Shown here piece after piece: positions 39,628 to 49,040 of a stretch of DNA of 64,000 bases. Each line of letters starts with the position of its first letter. Position 1 is the stretch's first letter. The notes beneath the pieces were generated by a model, which made no database searches, was not told where the DNA came from, and saw only the letters and a list, made by a program, of their open reading frames with translations. This DNA is from Meiothermus sp. Its GTDB lineage: Bacteria; Deinococcota; Deinococci; Deinococcales; Thermaceae. Both the position numbers and the translations under genes were made by a program. The stretch spans positions 32,001-96,000 of the forward strand of contig JANRLD010000013.1 in NCBI GenBank assembly GCA_033762915.1, in the 5' to 3' direction.

Positions 39628-42189
39628 GTGAACAACATCGTCTGTGTGATTCTCCCTGTCTTACTGCTCGCGCTCGTGGCCTGTGGTGGCCCCGATTCCT
39701 CGTCCGCCCCCGCCCCGACCAGCCCCGGCACTGCGCCAGCCGACCCCAGCCCCGGCCTCCCGCCATCCGTGCCGGTGGAACGTTTCGGCCTGTGGTCGAG
39801 CCCCCAGACTTGGCCCTTGGGGCAGGTACCCAGGGCAGGCGAGGCTGTCACCATCCCGGTAGGCTTGGCGGTCACACTGGATGTGAGCCCGCCTCCTCTC
39901 AAGGGCCTCACCGTAAATGGCCACTTGGTCTTTGATCGCGAGAAAGACCTGCGCCTCAGCAGCGACTGGATCATGGTGCACGGGCGGCTCGAGGTCGGTA
40001 CCCCCGAGCGGCCCTATCTGCGCCGAGCTGAGATCGTCCTGACCGGCGACGATCCGAATCAGGACGTGATGGGCATGAGCACCAAGGCCATCGGAGTCAT
40101 GGGGGGCGGGGCGCTGGAACTTCACGGCGAGCCCCGCCTGGGCTGGACGCGGCTTGCCGCCACCGCCCCCAGGGGGGCTACCCAGATCACGGTGCAGGAC
40201 TCCTCTGGCTGGCGGGTCGGCGACCAGATCGTGGTGAGCGCGACCGACTACGATGCCCGGCAATCTGAGCCGCGCAGCCTCACCGCCGTCAGCGGTAACA
40301 CCCTCACCCTGGATCGCCCGCTGGCCTATCTGCATTACGGGCAGGAGACCTTCGGGGTGGATCAACGCGGCGAGGTGGGGCTGCTCTCGCGCAACATCCT
40401 GATCAGGGGTGAGACCACCCTCGAGCAGGGCTTTGGCGGGCACCTGATGGTGATGCGGGGCGGCTGGGCGCGGCTGTCGGGGGTCGAGCTGCGGCGAATG
40501 GGCCAGAAGGGGAGGATGGGGCGCTATCCTGTCCATTGGCACCTGGTGGGCGAGGTGGCCGGGCAGTATCTGCGCCAGTCCTCAATCCATCAGAGCTTCA
40601 ACCGCTGCGTCACCCTGCACGGCACTAGCCGCGCCGAGGTGACCGGCAATGTGGCCTACGACGCGCTGGGCCACTGCTACTTCCTCGAGGACGGCTCTGA
40701 AATAGGTAACCGTCTAGAGGGCAACCTGGGCCTGCTCACCCGACCTCCGGCAGGGGGTGAGGAGATCATCCCCAGCGATAGCCTGGCCTCGACTTTCTGG
40801 ATCACCAATCCCGACAATGTGGTACGGGGTAACGTGGCGGGGGGCTCGAGGAGCGGTTTCGGTTTCTGGTACGCTCTGCCGCAAAACCCCATCGGGGCCT
40901 CGAGGTCGGCAACTAACGATGCCTCGGTCTTTCCCCGCCGCACCCCGCTGGGTGAGTTCTCCGGCAATGTGGCCCACTCCAACGGCGCGGCAGGGCTGAT
41001 GGTGGGTATGGGAATTGATGCCCAGGGCCTGACACAGGCTATGCGCTATACCCCCAGAACTAACCCCGCAGACCCCGCCTCGAGCCCCGTGGTGGCCGAG
41101 TTTAGGAACCTCACTGCGTACAAAAACCGAGGTCAAGGGGCTTGGCTGGGGGGTGATAGCCAGCGGCTGACGGGGGCACGGCTTGCCGACAACGCGGTGG
41201 GGGTCTCGCTGGCGTACAACGCATTGAGCGTAGAGGATGCGCTGATCGTGGGCGATTCGGATAATCTGGGCCAGCCCGAGGTGGGCTCCGGTGAGATCAC
41301 CGGCCCCGGTGGGCGCACCCTGCCGCGCCCCTTCAGCGCCGAGACGGCCCGTTTTCCGGTGCGCGGCCTCGAGTACTATGGCGGCCCGGCGGGCTTCCGC
41401 AATGTGCGCTTCGTCAACTTTCAGCCCAACAGCGTCCGCCCGGCCTCCGCCCTCAGCTACCAGAACTTCACCTCCTATCCCACAGACGCACGAAACTACG
41501 CTGAGGCCGCCCAACTGGTCAACGCCCAGCCGGTCTATTTCGCCCCCCGGCTCGAGCCCACCCCGGCCCAGGTCGCCCGCGACGACAACGCCGACGCCTA
41601 CCGTAGCGCTGCCATTCTCGACCGTGACGGCAGCCTGACCGGTCGGGCGGGCCAGACCGTGGTCTACGACGATCCCTTCCTCGCCGACGCCTTCTGCACT
41701 CCCCAGCCCGCCTGGAACGCCCAGGTCTGCCCCCACCGCTACGCCCGCTTCCTCTTGCGTAACCTCAGCCGCCAGGGTGAGATCGCCCCACTGACCCTGA
41801 CCCGAGAGGAGGGCACACGGCCCTCTTTCCGTATGTGGGGCAGCCCCGAGGGGGGGAGCAACAGCGAGTTCTCGAGTTCGCTGATACTGGGCCGCAGTTA
41901 CTCGCTGCGCTTCGCTGGGGCCGCCCCCAGTAACTTCCGGGTTTTCCTACTCAACGCCGCCACAGGCAGCATCGCCCTCTCGCTGGCCTACCCTTCCGCT
42001 CCGCACGTCTACGGCCCCGGCGTCACCGACGCTCACAAGCTGGCCTCCATGCCCAGCATCGCTGCTCTGAACGCCAGCAGCCAGTCGGCCTACTTCTTCG
42101 ACGGCAGTATCGTACACGTCAGGCTGGTCATCCCTGCTGGTGCCGACATTGTGGGGATGAACGTCTGCCGCAACAATCTGTGCCGCTGA
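39628..42189 (+). CDS. Lipoprotein with G8 domain and parallel beta-helix (TMEM2/CEMIP/PKHD1-like)
   Basis: Lipobox LVAC; WSSPQTW..VP G8 start, EVGLLSRNI, MGQ..MGRYPVHWH, SFNRCVTLHGT, GHCYFLEDGSE and FWITNPDN motifs. Confidence 0.85.
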   Translation: MNNIVCVILPVLLLALVACGGPDSSSAPAPTSPGTAPADPSPGLPPSVPVERFGLWSSPQTWPLGQVPRAGEAVTIPVGLAVTLDVSPPPLKGLTVNGHLVFDREKDLRLSSDWIMVHGRLEVGTPERPYLRRAEIVLTGDDPNQDVMGMSTKAIGVMGGGALELHGEPRLGWTRLAATAPRGATQITVQDSSGWRVGDQIVVSATDYDARQSEPRSLTAVSGNTLTLDRPLAYLHYGQETFGVDQRGEVGLLSRNILIRGETTLEQGFGGHLMVMRGGWARLSGVELRRMGQKGRMGRYPVHWHLVGEVAGQYLRQSSIHQSFNRCVTLHGTSRAEVTGNVAYDALGHCYFLEDGSEIGNRLEGNLGLLTRPPAGGEEIIPSDSLASTFWITNPDNVVRGNVAGGSRSGFGFWYALPQNPIGASRSATNDASVFPRRTPLGEFSGNVAHSNGAAGLMVGMGIDAQGLTQAMRYTPRTNPADPASSPVVAEFRNLTAYKNRGQGAWLGGDSQRLTGARLADNAVGVSLAYNALSVEDALIVGDSDNLGQPEVGSGEITGPGGRTLPRPFSAETARFPVRGLEYYGGPAGFRNVRFVNFQPNSVRPASALSYQNFTSYPTDARNYAEAAQLVNAQPVYFAPRLEPTPAQVARDDNADAYRSAAILDRDGSLTGRAGQTVVYDDPFLADAFCTPQPAWNAQVCPHRYARFLLRNLSRQGEIAPLTLTREEGTRPSFRMWGSPEGGSNSEFSSSLILGRSYSLRFAGAAPSNFRVFLLNAATGSIALSLAYPSAPHVYGPGVTDAHKLASMPSIAALNASSQSAYFFDGSIVHVRLVIPAGADIVGMNVCRNNLCR

Positions 42190-42309
42190 GGCTCGGGCCT
42201 TTCGCCAGCGCCCGCTCGGGAAAGCCCATACTTAGGCATAGAGGTGGTGGGCGCTCCACACCGAGCCAGCCATCAGACGGCCTTGGACTCGCCCCACAGT
42301 GGGGTATAA

Positions 42310-42399
42310 GTGTCATAGTTGCAATGCGAAGTGTCGCCCGCCAGGTCCCACAGGGAATTGCGTCTCGGGTAGCCGCTCTGCGGCTATGGCGCACGCCAC
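42310..42399 (+). repeat. Dispersed repeat family R1, copy D (3'-truncated)
   Basis: GTGTCATAGTTGCAATGCGAA head and CAGGGAATTGCG core; inverted near-identity to 29737-29801. Confidence 0.75.
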
Positions 42400-42662
42400 A
42401 TGGTAGGTCCCGATGAGCAGGCGCTTGGCCCGCTGCCACGATGTTGCGACTGCCCGCCTCGTGCACAGGTAGCCCGAGCCCGACCCGCCCTGACTCCGGG
42501 TTGAAGCCGTACAGCCGCAGGTGCTCGTACCACATCCTCACCCCGTAAAAATCCGGCGGGCTCTAGGTGAACACCCGTCGGTGGGGTGACAGACTCGAGG
42601 GCCGGACCGTTTGAACCACTGTCGCACGGCGGTCTGCTCTGGTTGTTTCGCAGGCCAAAAGG

Positions 42663-42703
42663 GTGACCAGCCGCCCTTGAGGGCGGCTGGCCGGGCACTT
42701 TTC
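42663..42703. terminator. Hairpin between convergent genes, likely intrinsic terminator
   Basis: CCAGCCGCCCT-TG-AGGGCGGCTGG stem with a T tract to the right and an A tract to the left. Confidence 0.55.
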
Positions 42704-42712
42704 ATTTCAGGA

Positions 42713-45640
42713 CTATGGTCCGAGGAATCGGGTCAGTACGTTTCGGGTAATCCTCGAGATCGTTCCATCTGTAGCTAAGCAGGAGATGTAGGAGAGCGAT
42801 CCACCCGAGAAGACCCGTCCACCTGTGGGGTGGGCGATGTAGACCATAAAGCCTCCCCGATCACCAGTGGTGCGTCCTGCCGCGTAGGGGTTGCTGCCTC
42901 TGGCGATCAGCTCGGTGCTGGCTGGCGTCGAGGCTGCCACCTTGTCCAACTCCCAGCCCGAACAGCCCTGCCCGGCATTACCGGTGGCCCCAAAGGTACT
43001 GCCGTTGGTCAAACCGGTTCCTGCCAGCGTCCAGTGGCTGGCGTTCTGCACAACGAAGGGTGCGTACGTTCCGAAGTCTACGTCGGTAAACTGTACCCCC
43101 AGTACGGCGGCTTCAGGTCGGCCCAAGTTGCGCCACAGGCCTCCAGACTCGGGGGTGGTAGAGAGGGTGTGGCTGCTGAAGTCTTTGCGCACTTCGATCT
43201 GCTCTCCCCTTGAGACCACCTTCCAGTACATCTGGTTAGCGCCCAGGTTGACAACGCTGTTGCCTGCCCGCAGAAATTCGTCCACCCTGTCGCGCATGCT
43301 GGTGGTGTAGTACTCGTCATGGCGGTCGAGGATCATCACCCGGTAGCCGCTTAGAGCGTTGCGGTCACGGTCCAGGTCGGTGTTGCTGATTACATCGTAG
43401 CTATAGCCCTGTGACTCGAGCCAGCGCAGCATCACTACCGTCCCGAAGGCGTAGTGCTCGTTCCTCGAGGTCAACGCCAGTGAGACCGGCATCGGGCGCT
43501 GTGAGGAGAGGATGTAGCTGACGCTGGCCCCGCCGCAGGTGTTGGAGGCGCACTGGTAAAGGCTGGCTCCGCCCCAGTTGTTGTAGGCCTGCCAGGTGTA
43601 GTTGCCCGCCATTACTACGATGGGAGGCTGGGGGGTGGCGGCGGTGGGGCTGCGCTTGACCACCACTGGCACGCTGCTACAGTAGGCATCGCGGCCGGCG
43701 GGTGGGTTACGCTCGATCAGCTTGAAGTTGTACAGGCCACCGGGCCACTCGGCGGGGATGGTGATGCGATAGGCGGTGGGCCAGTTTACCCCCGTCTCGT
43801 AGGGCTTAGCTGGCACGCTCTGGGCGGCGCCCGCGATGCCATCCACGAAGAGCCGGAGCTGGGAGAGATGGGCCAGAGTGGACTGGCTGCCTTCGCGGTA
43901 GACAGCCAGGGCGAAGTTGCCGGTCGGCGAGTTGACCTTCAGCTCGAGGGTCTCGCCGGGCAGGTAGGAAATCTTGTCGCTATAGCCCACAATGCTGCTG
44001 GTGTCAGCGGATATCCGCTCAAAACAGTAGGGTACCGCTGCTGCACTGGTGGTCAGGCTGAGGTTGACCCAACTGCTGTTCCCGAGGGCGTTGGTGGCCC
44101 GCAGCCGTAGAGTGTAGAGCGTGTTGGGGATGAGGTCGGTCAGGCTGACGCTGGTGGCGTTGGCTGGGCTGAGGGGCACCGGGTTCCAGGTGCTGGGGCT
44201 GCCGCCAAGGCCGCGCTCGAGGGCGTAGCCGGTGGCGTTGGCGACTCCCGACCACGACAATGTCACGCTTGAATGGCTAAGATTGCTGAAGCTGAAGCTA
44301 GCGGGGGTGCCTGGAGCGCCGCTGGGCGTTGTGACGGCCAAAGTTAGCCAGATGCTCGATCCCTCGGGGCTGTTGGCCCGCAGGCGGTAGGTGTAGAGGG
44401 TGGAGGGGGTCAGGCCGCTGTCGGTGATACTGTTGGCGGTGGGGCTGCTCAAGGTGATCGGCGTCCAGGAGGTAGGGCTGTTGCCCGAGCCGCGCTCAAG
44501 GGTATAGCTGGTGGCCCCTGCGGGGCCAAGCCAGCCGAGCTGGGCACTGCTGGGGGTCAGGTTGTTGCTGGTGAAGTTGCGGGGCTGAAGCACTGTGCAT
44601 CCGGTCTGCCCCGCGGGGAGCGAACCCATCCATGCTAGGGGTGCAGCCAGGCTACCGGCGGTCACGATCCGGCACAAGGGAAGGTGATTGTCGCCGGAGT
44701 AGTTGGTGCCGGTAAGGGTGCGGATGCTCTGGGCTGCCACCACCTCCGGCCCGCTGAAGGGCTGGCCCGCCACGGTGGCTGAGCGCTGCTCCTCGAGGCT
44801 CTGTGAGAAGGTCGGGGCGTCGTCGTACCCCACCGCGAACAGAAGGGTGAAGGTGTCGGGCGATTCGGCTCTAGAGGCGCTGCGGGGGTAGTTGAAGGCC
44901 AGGGCCATGTAGCCCCGATCGCAGCTCGAGGGGGTGCAGCCCCTGGCTCCGATGACGCGCTTCTGCGCGGGGGTAAGGCCGCCCCTGGAATTGCGGGCGA
45001 TGAAGCCGTACTGCAAGGGCTCCACCTCGGTGGGAACCCCCAGGGTGGTGAGTTGGGTTCGGATGCTTGCCACCTCGTCGCGGGTCAGGAACCCCAGGTT
45101 GGCGTTGGCGAGGCTGACGTAAGAGACCCACCCGGCGTTGTACATGCCGTGGCTGGGCACGAAGCTGCGGGCCACGGCAGGGTCGCTAACAGGGCTGCCA
45201 TTCCCGGCCAGAATGCTGGTCAGGGCAGTGCCCCCTACCGAGCGGGCGGGGTCGTTGAGGGCGTAAAAGGTCAGGTTGTTGAAGGTGGTGTTGGTGGTGT
45301 TGATGATGTCCAGGACGGCGGTGAGCGAGCGGATGGTGGGCGAGGTAGGGGTGCTGGTGGTGTCGAGCACCTGTACCACCCGAGTGCTCACCTGTGGCAG
45401 AGCGGCTACGACGTTGACGGCTTGGGGGCGAAGGTCGCCCCCCGCATACCCAACCCACTGCGCGGTCGCCGAGGGGGTGCCGCCGGACTCGATCCCCGAT
45501 ACTGTGACCGCCACCACTCCCAGCATCCCGGCACTGTTGCCTTGGTCCGGGTTGGGGGGGGCGGCGGTCTGCACGTTACACGCCGCCGCGACGATGAGTA
45601 TGCTCAATGTAAGAAGACGAAAACCAAGACCAAAGCGCAT
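42713..45640 (-). CDS. Lipoprotein with two fibronectin-III domains and a dimethylformamidase beta-subunit-like domain, paralog 3
   Basis: Lipobox AAAC; two FN3 units (LTPSTLYTYRLRA, LIPNTLYTLRLRA); TWQAYNNWGGASLY, RHDEYY and GWELD motifs. Confidence 0.82.
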   Translation of the reverse strand: MRFGLGFRLLTLSILIVAAACNVQTAAPPNPDQGNSAGMLGVVAVTVSGIESGGTPSATAQWVGYAGGDLRPQAVNVVAALPQVSTRVVQVLDTTSTPTSPTIRSLTAVLDIINTTNTTFNNLTFYALNDPARSVGGTALTSILAGNGSPVSDPAVARSFVPSHGMYNAGWVSYVSLANANLGFLTRDEVASIRTQLTTLGVPTEVEPLQYGFIARNSRGGLTPAQKRVIGARGCTPSSCDRGYMALAFNYPRSASRAESPDTFTLLFAVGYDDAPTFSQSLEEQRSATVAGQPFSGPEVVAAQSIRTLTGTNYSGDNHLPLCRIVTAGSLAAPLAWMGSLPAGQTGCTVLQPRNFTSNNLTPSSAQLGWLGPAGATSYTLERGSGNSPTSWTPITLSSPTANSITDSGLTPSTLYTYRLRANSPEGSSIWLTLAVTTPSGAPGTPASFSFSNLSHSSVTLSWSGVANATGYALERGLGGSPSTWNPVPLSPANATSVSLTDLIPNTLYTLRLRATNALGNSSWVNLSLTTSAAAVPYCFERISADTSSIVGYSDKISYLPGETLELKVNSPTGNFALAVYREGSQSTLAHLSQLRLFVDGIAGAAQSVPAKPYETGVNWPTAYRITIPAEWPGGLYNFKLIERNPPAGRDAYCSSVPVVVKRSPTAATPQPPIVVMAGNYTWQAYNNWGGASLYQCASNTCGGASVSYILSSQRPMPVSLALTSRNEHYAFGTVVMLRWLESQGYSYDVISNTDLDRDRNALSGYRVMILDRHDEYYTTSMRDRVDEFLRAGNSVVNLGANQMYWKVVSRGEQIEVRKDFSSHTLSTTPESGGLWRNLGRPEAAVLGVQFTDVDFGTYAPFVVQNASHWTLAGTGLTNGSTFGATGNAGQGCSGWELDKVAASTPASTELIARGSNPYAAGRTTGDRGGFMVYIAHPTGGRVFSGGSLSYISCLATDGTISRITRNVLTRFLGP

Positions 45641-46030
45641 AATGTAGCCCCCTGTCTAGAACTGTTTGATTGGCTGTAGAAAACCGTTTCAAATGTTCTG
45701 CCCACCTCGATTCTGATTGTTTTGCGCGAAAATTGTGACTATTTAACACTTTCACGAGCCGATTACGGGAGGCGAAACCGTGCGACACAGTGAGTTGAAC
45801 CGACCTATGGGAAGACGATTTAACTCCGCAGTGATGGCAGAAGAAACAGGGAATAGAGGTACCGGGGTTAACGCACCCGGCACCAAGGGAGGGCAAAAGA
45901 CCTCGAAGTTATCTGGGGCAAACGCTGTACTTAACGCTGGTCCTCGGTAAGAGGTCGTATGTCGTCCCGTGGGGCAGCCGCCGTGGCTCGCTACGCGCTG
46001 TGCCCCGCCACAGGTTGAGCGATCCTGGCA

Positions 46031-47563
46031 TCAGAGTCGATTGCGGCTGAGATCCCGCAGCACAACTCTGGCCGCGTTTCTGCCGCTCGCGCCCATGATC
46101 CCACCGCCGGGGTGGGTGCTGGCCCCGGTGAGATACAAGCCCTTGATGCCCTGAAACTTGTACTCGTGCGAGCCCAGCCAGGGCCGCAGCATGAACATCT
46201 GATCGAAGCCCATCTCGAGGTGCATCACGTTGCCCGAGGGCATGGCGAACTCGCTCTCGAGCCAGGCCGGGGTCTGCACCAACTCAGCCTTTATCTTGTT
46301 GCGGATGTCGGGGTCGAAGCGTTCGAAGCTCTTGATGACGCCCTCACGGGCCTCGGCCACTCGAGTCTCCCAGGTCCCCGAGGCCAAGTGATAGGGGTAG
46401 TACTGCGCCCACAGCCAAAGCGTCTCGCCGCCCGGCGGGGCCAGGCTCTCGTCCACCGCGCTGAAGCTCATGGCGATGAGCGGTGGGTCGGCGGTGGGCT
46501 GGCCCGCCAGGTACTCGCCGTAGGCCCGGTTGAGCTGTAACTCGTCGGTGATGAGCAGCCCTAGCCCGGTGCGCGACTGCGGGCCGGGGTGGGTCTGGTA
46601 GCGCAGCTTTTCCGACAGTCCCAGCCGCAGGACGAGGCCGAAGCCGTTGCCTATGCGCAGACTTTTGGCGTTTGCGGGAATCTTGTCCTGCGGCAACATG
46701 GCCAGGGTTTTTTGGACATGTGAGCCCGCCACCACCAGCTTGGCGCTGACGCTCGAGCCGTCCTCGAGCACCACCCCCTCGGCCTTGTTGTTCCTCACCA
46801 CGATCTGCCTGACCGGCGAGCCCAGATGAACCTTGCCGCCTTTGGCCTCGATCGCCCTCACCAAGGCCAGCGAGAGGCCGCCCGAGCCGCCCCTGGGCCG
46901 CGCCACTCCCCCGACGTGGTATAGCGGGTGCCACAGCAGGAAGGGGGCCGAGAGGGGGTCGGAGGGCGGCGGGCCGGATTGTGCGGCCATCCAGACCAGC
47001 GGGGCCCGCACCCGCTCGTCGGAGAAGTATTCTCTCGCCACGTCGCCGTAGGGGCGGAGGATCTGCGGCAGCCGGGTCTGCCACTCGCGCCCCATCCCCG
47101 AGCCCACGATCAGGTGTCGGCCCAGGTTGAGCGGGCTGGGGGTGTTGAGGAACGCCTCCTTCACCGCCTGCCCGAAGGGCAGCCAGTCGCGCATGAAGCG
47201 CCGGTAGGCCTCGCCCTGGCCGGGGAACTGTGAATCGAGCTCGTCGGCAGTCCGCTCTGGGTCGCGCCAGACAAACCAGCTCTGACGGGCGTCGGAGGCG
47301 TGGAACATCGGGTCAAGCTCGAGGTACTCCAGGCCGTAGCGGTGCAGCTCCAGCTCCTCGACAATCGGCGTCAGCCGAATCAAAATGTGGGCGCTCCCGC
47401 CGAGGTCGAACCTAAATCCCTCGTGGTCTATCGTCGAGACCGCTCCCCCGGGCACGGCGCGGCGCTCAAACACCCCCACCCTATACCCCGCCTTGGCCAG
47501 GTAAGCCGCCGCGATCAGCGCGTTGTGCCCCGCCCCCACCACTGCCACGTCGAAATCCGGCAT
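46031..47563 (-). CDS. crtO: Carotenoid ketolase CrtO (CrtI-like FAD oxidoreductase)
   Basis: [45 protein letters not shown] and GASTHPGGG closely resemble Deinococcus CrtO as I recall it. Confidence 0.85.
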   Translation of the reverse strand: MPDFDVAVVGAGHNALIAAAYLAKAGYRVGVFERRAVPGGAVSTIDHEGFRFDLGGSAHILIRLTPIVEELELHRYGLEYLELDPMFHASDARQSWFVWRDPERTADELDSQFPGQGEAYRRFMRDWLPFGQAVKEAFLNTPSPLNLGRHLIVGSGMGREWQTRLPQILRPYGDVAREYFSDERVRAPLVWMAAQSGPPPSDPLSAPFLLWHPLYHVGGVARPRGGSGGLSLALVRAIEAKGGKVHLGSPVRQIVVRNNKAEGVVLEDGSSVSAKLVVAGSHVQKTLAMLPQDKIPANAKSLRIGNGFGLVLRLGLSEKLRYQTHPGPQSRTGLGLLITDELQLNRAYGEYLAGQPTADPPLIAMSFSAVDESLAPPGGETLWLWAQYYPYHLASGTWETRVAEAREGVIKSFERFDPDIRNKIKAELVQTPAWLESEFAMPSGNVMHLEMGFDQMFMLRPWLGSHEYKFQGIKGLYLTGASTHPGGGIMGASGRNAARVVLRDLSRNRL

Positions 47564-47670
47564 ACCGGGACATGATACGTCAGGGGAGGGGCCAGGGAGT
47601 CCTGCCGGCCCCACCCGATGTCGCGTTGACCCCTTTGCCATCCGGTAGAATCATGGGGCTGTTCACGCCT

Positions 47671-48768
47671 ATGCCTCAACGGATCATGCTGGTTTACACC
47701 AAGGCGGGTGGGGGCCACTTCTCGCTGGCCCAGACCCTGCACCGCGCCATCACCAAGCTCGACCCCGAGGCCGAGGTGATGCTGTTTAACTTCTTCGATG
47801 CAGGGCCGCGCTGGATCGCCCAGGCCATCGAGGAAGGGTACAACTTCACCGTCAACAAGCAGCGCTGGATTTTTACCGTGCTTTCAGCCTTTAACAACAC
47901 CAAGTTGCAGTTCGACACCATCTACCGGGTCATCGGGACGCGGCTGGGGCGGGCGGTTAACGACAAGCTCGAGGCCTTCAAGCCTGACAAGATCATCTAC
48001 TGCTACCCCGCCAACCACGGCGTCCGCCGTCTGCGCTACTACAAGCAGCACAAGCCCAAGACCCTGACCGTAGTGAGCGACTTCTACTCCCCGCACCTCT
48101 ACTGGTTCATAGACACCAAGGACCAGTACGTGGTGGCCAGCGTGGACGCCTACACCATCGCCCGCCGCCACCGGGTGCCGGCCGAGAACCTGCACTTCTT
48201 CCAGAACCTGATCGACCCCCGCTACGCCGAGCCGATGCCCGACACCGACCTGGTGCAGTTCAAGCGCGACCTCGAGCTGCCCCACCCCTACACGGTGCTG
48301 GTCACGGGTGGCGGGCCGGGGCTTAAGGGAACCAAGAGGTACGTCGAGGCGCTGCTGGGCGTGGAGGGCATCAACATCATCGTGATCTGCGGCTACAACG
48401 AGCGGCTCTACGGCCAGCTCGAGGCGATCAAGGCCAGGCGCGGCCTCGAGCAGCTCAAGCTCTTCAAGTTCACCAAGCAGATGTATGAGCTCATCAACGC
48501 CTCCGACGTGGTGATCACCAAGGCTGGGCCAGCCACCATCACCGAGGTGCTGTCGCAGCACAAAGACCTGATCGTGTGTGACTACATCTGGCCCCAGGAG
48601 GCCGGCAATGTCGAGATGATCCAGCGCGAGAAGCTGGGCCACTTCATCCGCAAGCCCCGCGAGATCGCCGCCAAAGTGGCCGAACTCAAGGCCCAGCGCA
48701 AGGAGCGCCGCACGGTTTCGCTCACCAACGACCTGACCCGGCTGGCGCAGTACATTTTGGAGCTGTAA
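47671..48768 (+). CDS. MGDG synthase/UgtP-like glycosyltransferase (GT28)
   Basis: AGGGH, VVSDF..HLYW, TKAGPATITE and QEAGN motifs. Start at 47671 or 47653. Confidence 0.87.
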   Translation: MPQRIMLVYTKAGGGHFSLAQTLHRAITKLDPEAEVMLFNFFDAGPRWIAQAIEEGYNFTVNKQRWIFTVLSAFNNTKLQFDTIYRVIGTRLGRAVNDKLEAFKPDKIIYCYPANHGVRRLRYYKQHKPKTLTVVSDFYSPHLYWFIDTKDQYVVASVDAYTIARRHRVPAENLHFFQNLIDPRYAEPMPDTDLVQFKRDLELPHPYTVLVTGGGPGLKGTKRYVEALLGVEGINIIVICGYNERLYGQLEAIKARRGLEQLKLFKFTKQMYELINASDVVITKAGPATITEVLSQHKDLIVCDYIWPQEAGNVEMIQREKLGHFIRKPREIAAKVAELKAQRKERRTVSLTNDLTRLAQYILEL

Positions 48769-48871
48769 TCGCGTTTCCCACCCTTACCTCCCTCGCGGCG
48801 GCAGGTAATGTACTTCCTTAAGCGAAATCCGCCCGCTTTAGCGCCGTAGAGAGTATCCGTGGGAACCGCTC
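48769..48871. repeat. Hairpin-containing MITE-like family R2, copy 4
   Basis: TCGCGTTTCCCACC ... CGTGGGAACCGCTC, beginning immediately after the GT28 stop codon. Confidence 0.72.
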
Positions 48872-49040
48872 TGAGCTTTCCGTCGCCCCCTGGAGTGCGC
48901 CTGCCTTGGCGCTCGAGGGGCTTTTCTTGGGCAAGTCCACCGCCTTAACGCAACACCCGTCCGTAACGGTTAGGTGAGTCAATCACGATTGTTCACTTTG
49001 TATAAGCTCGGTAAGCAAGAAGTCTCGCGGAGGCAACCCT

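Noticed and set aside
42410..42560. Possible gene fragment on the minus strand (WYEHLRLYGFNP)
   Set aside because: Too short, no recognisable family, and no convincing start.
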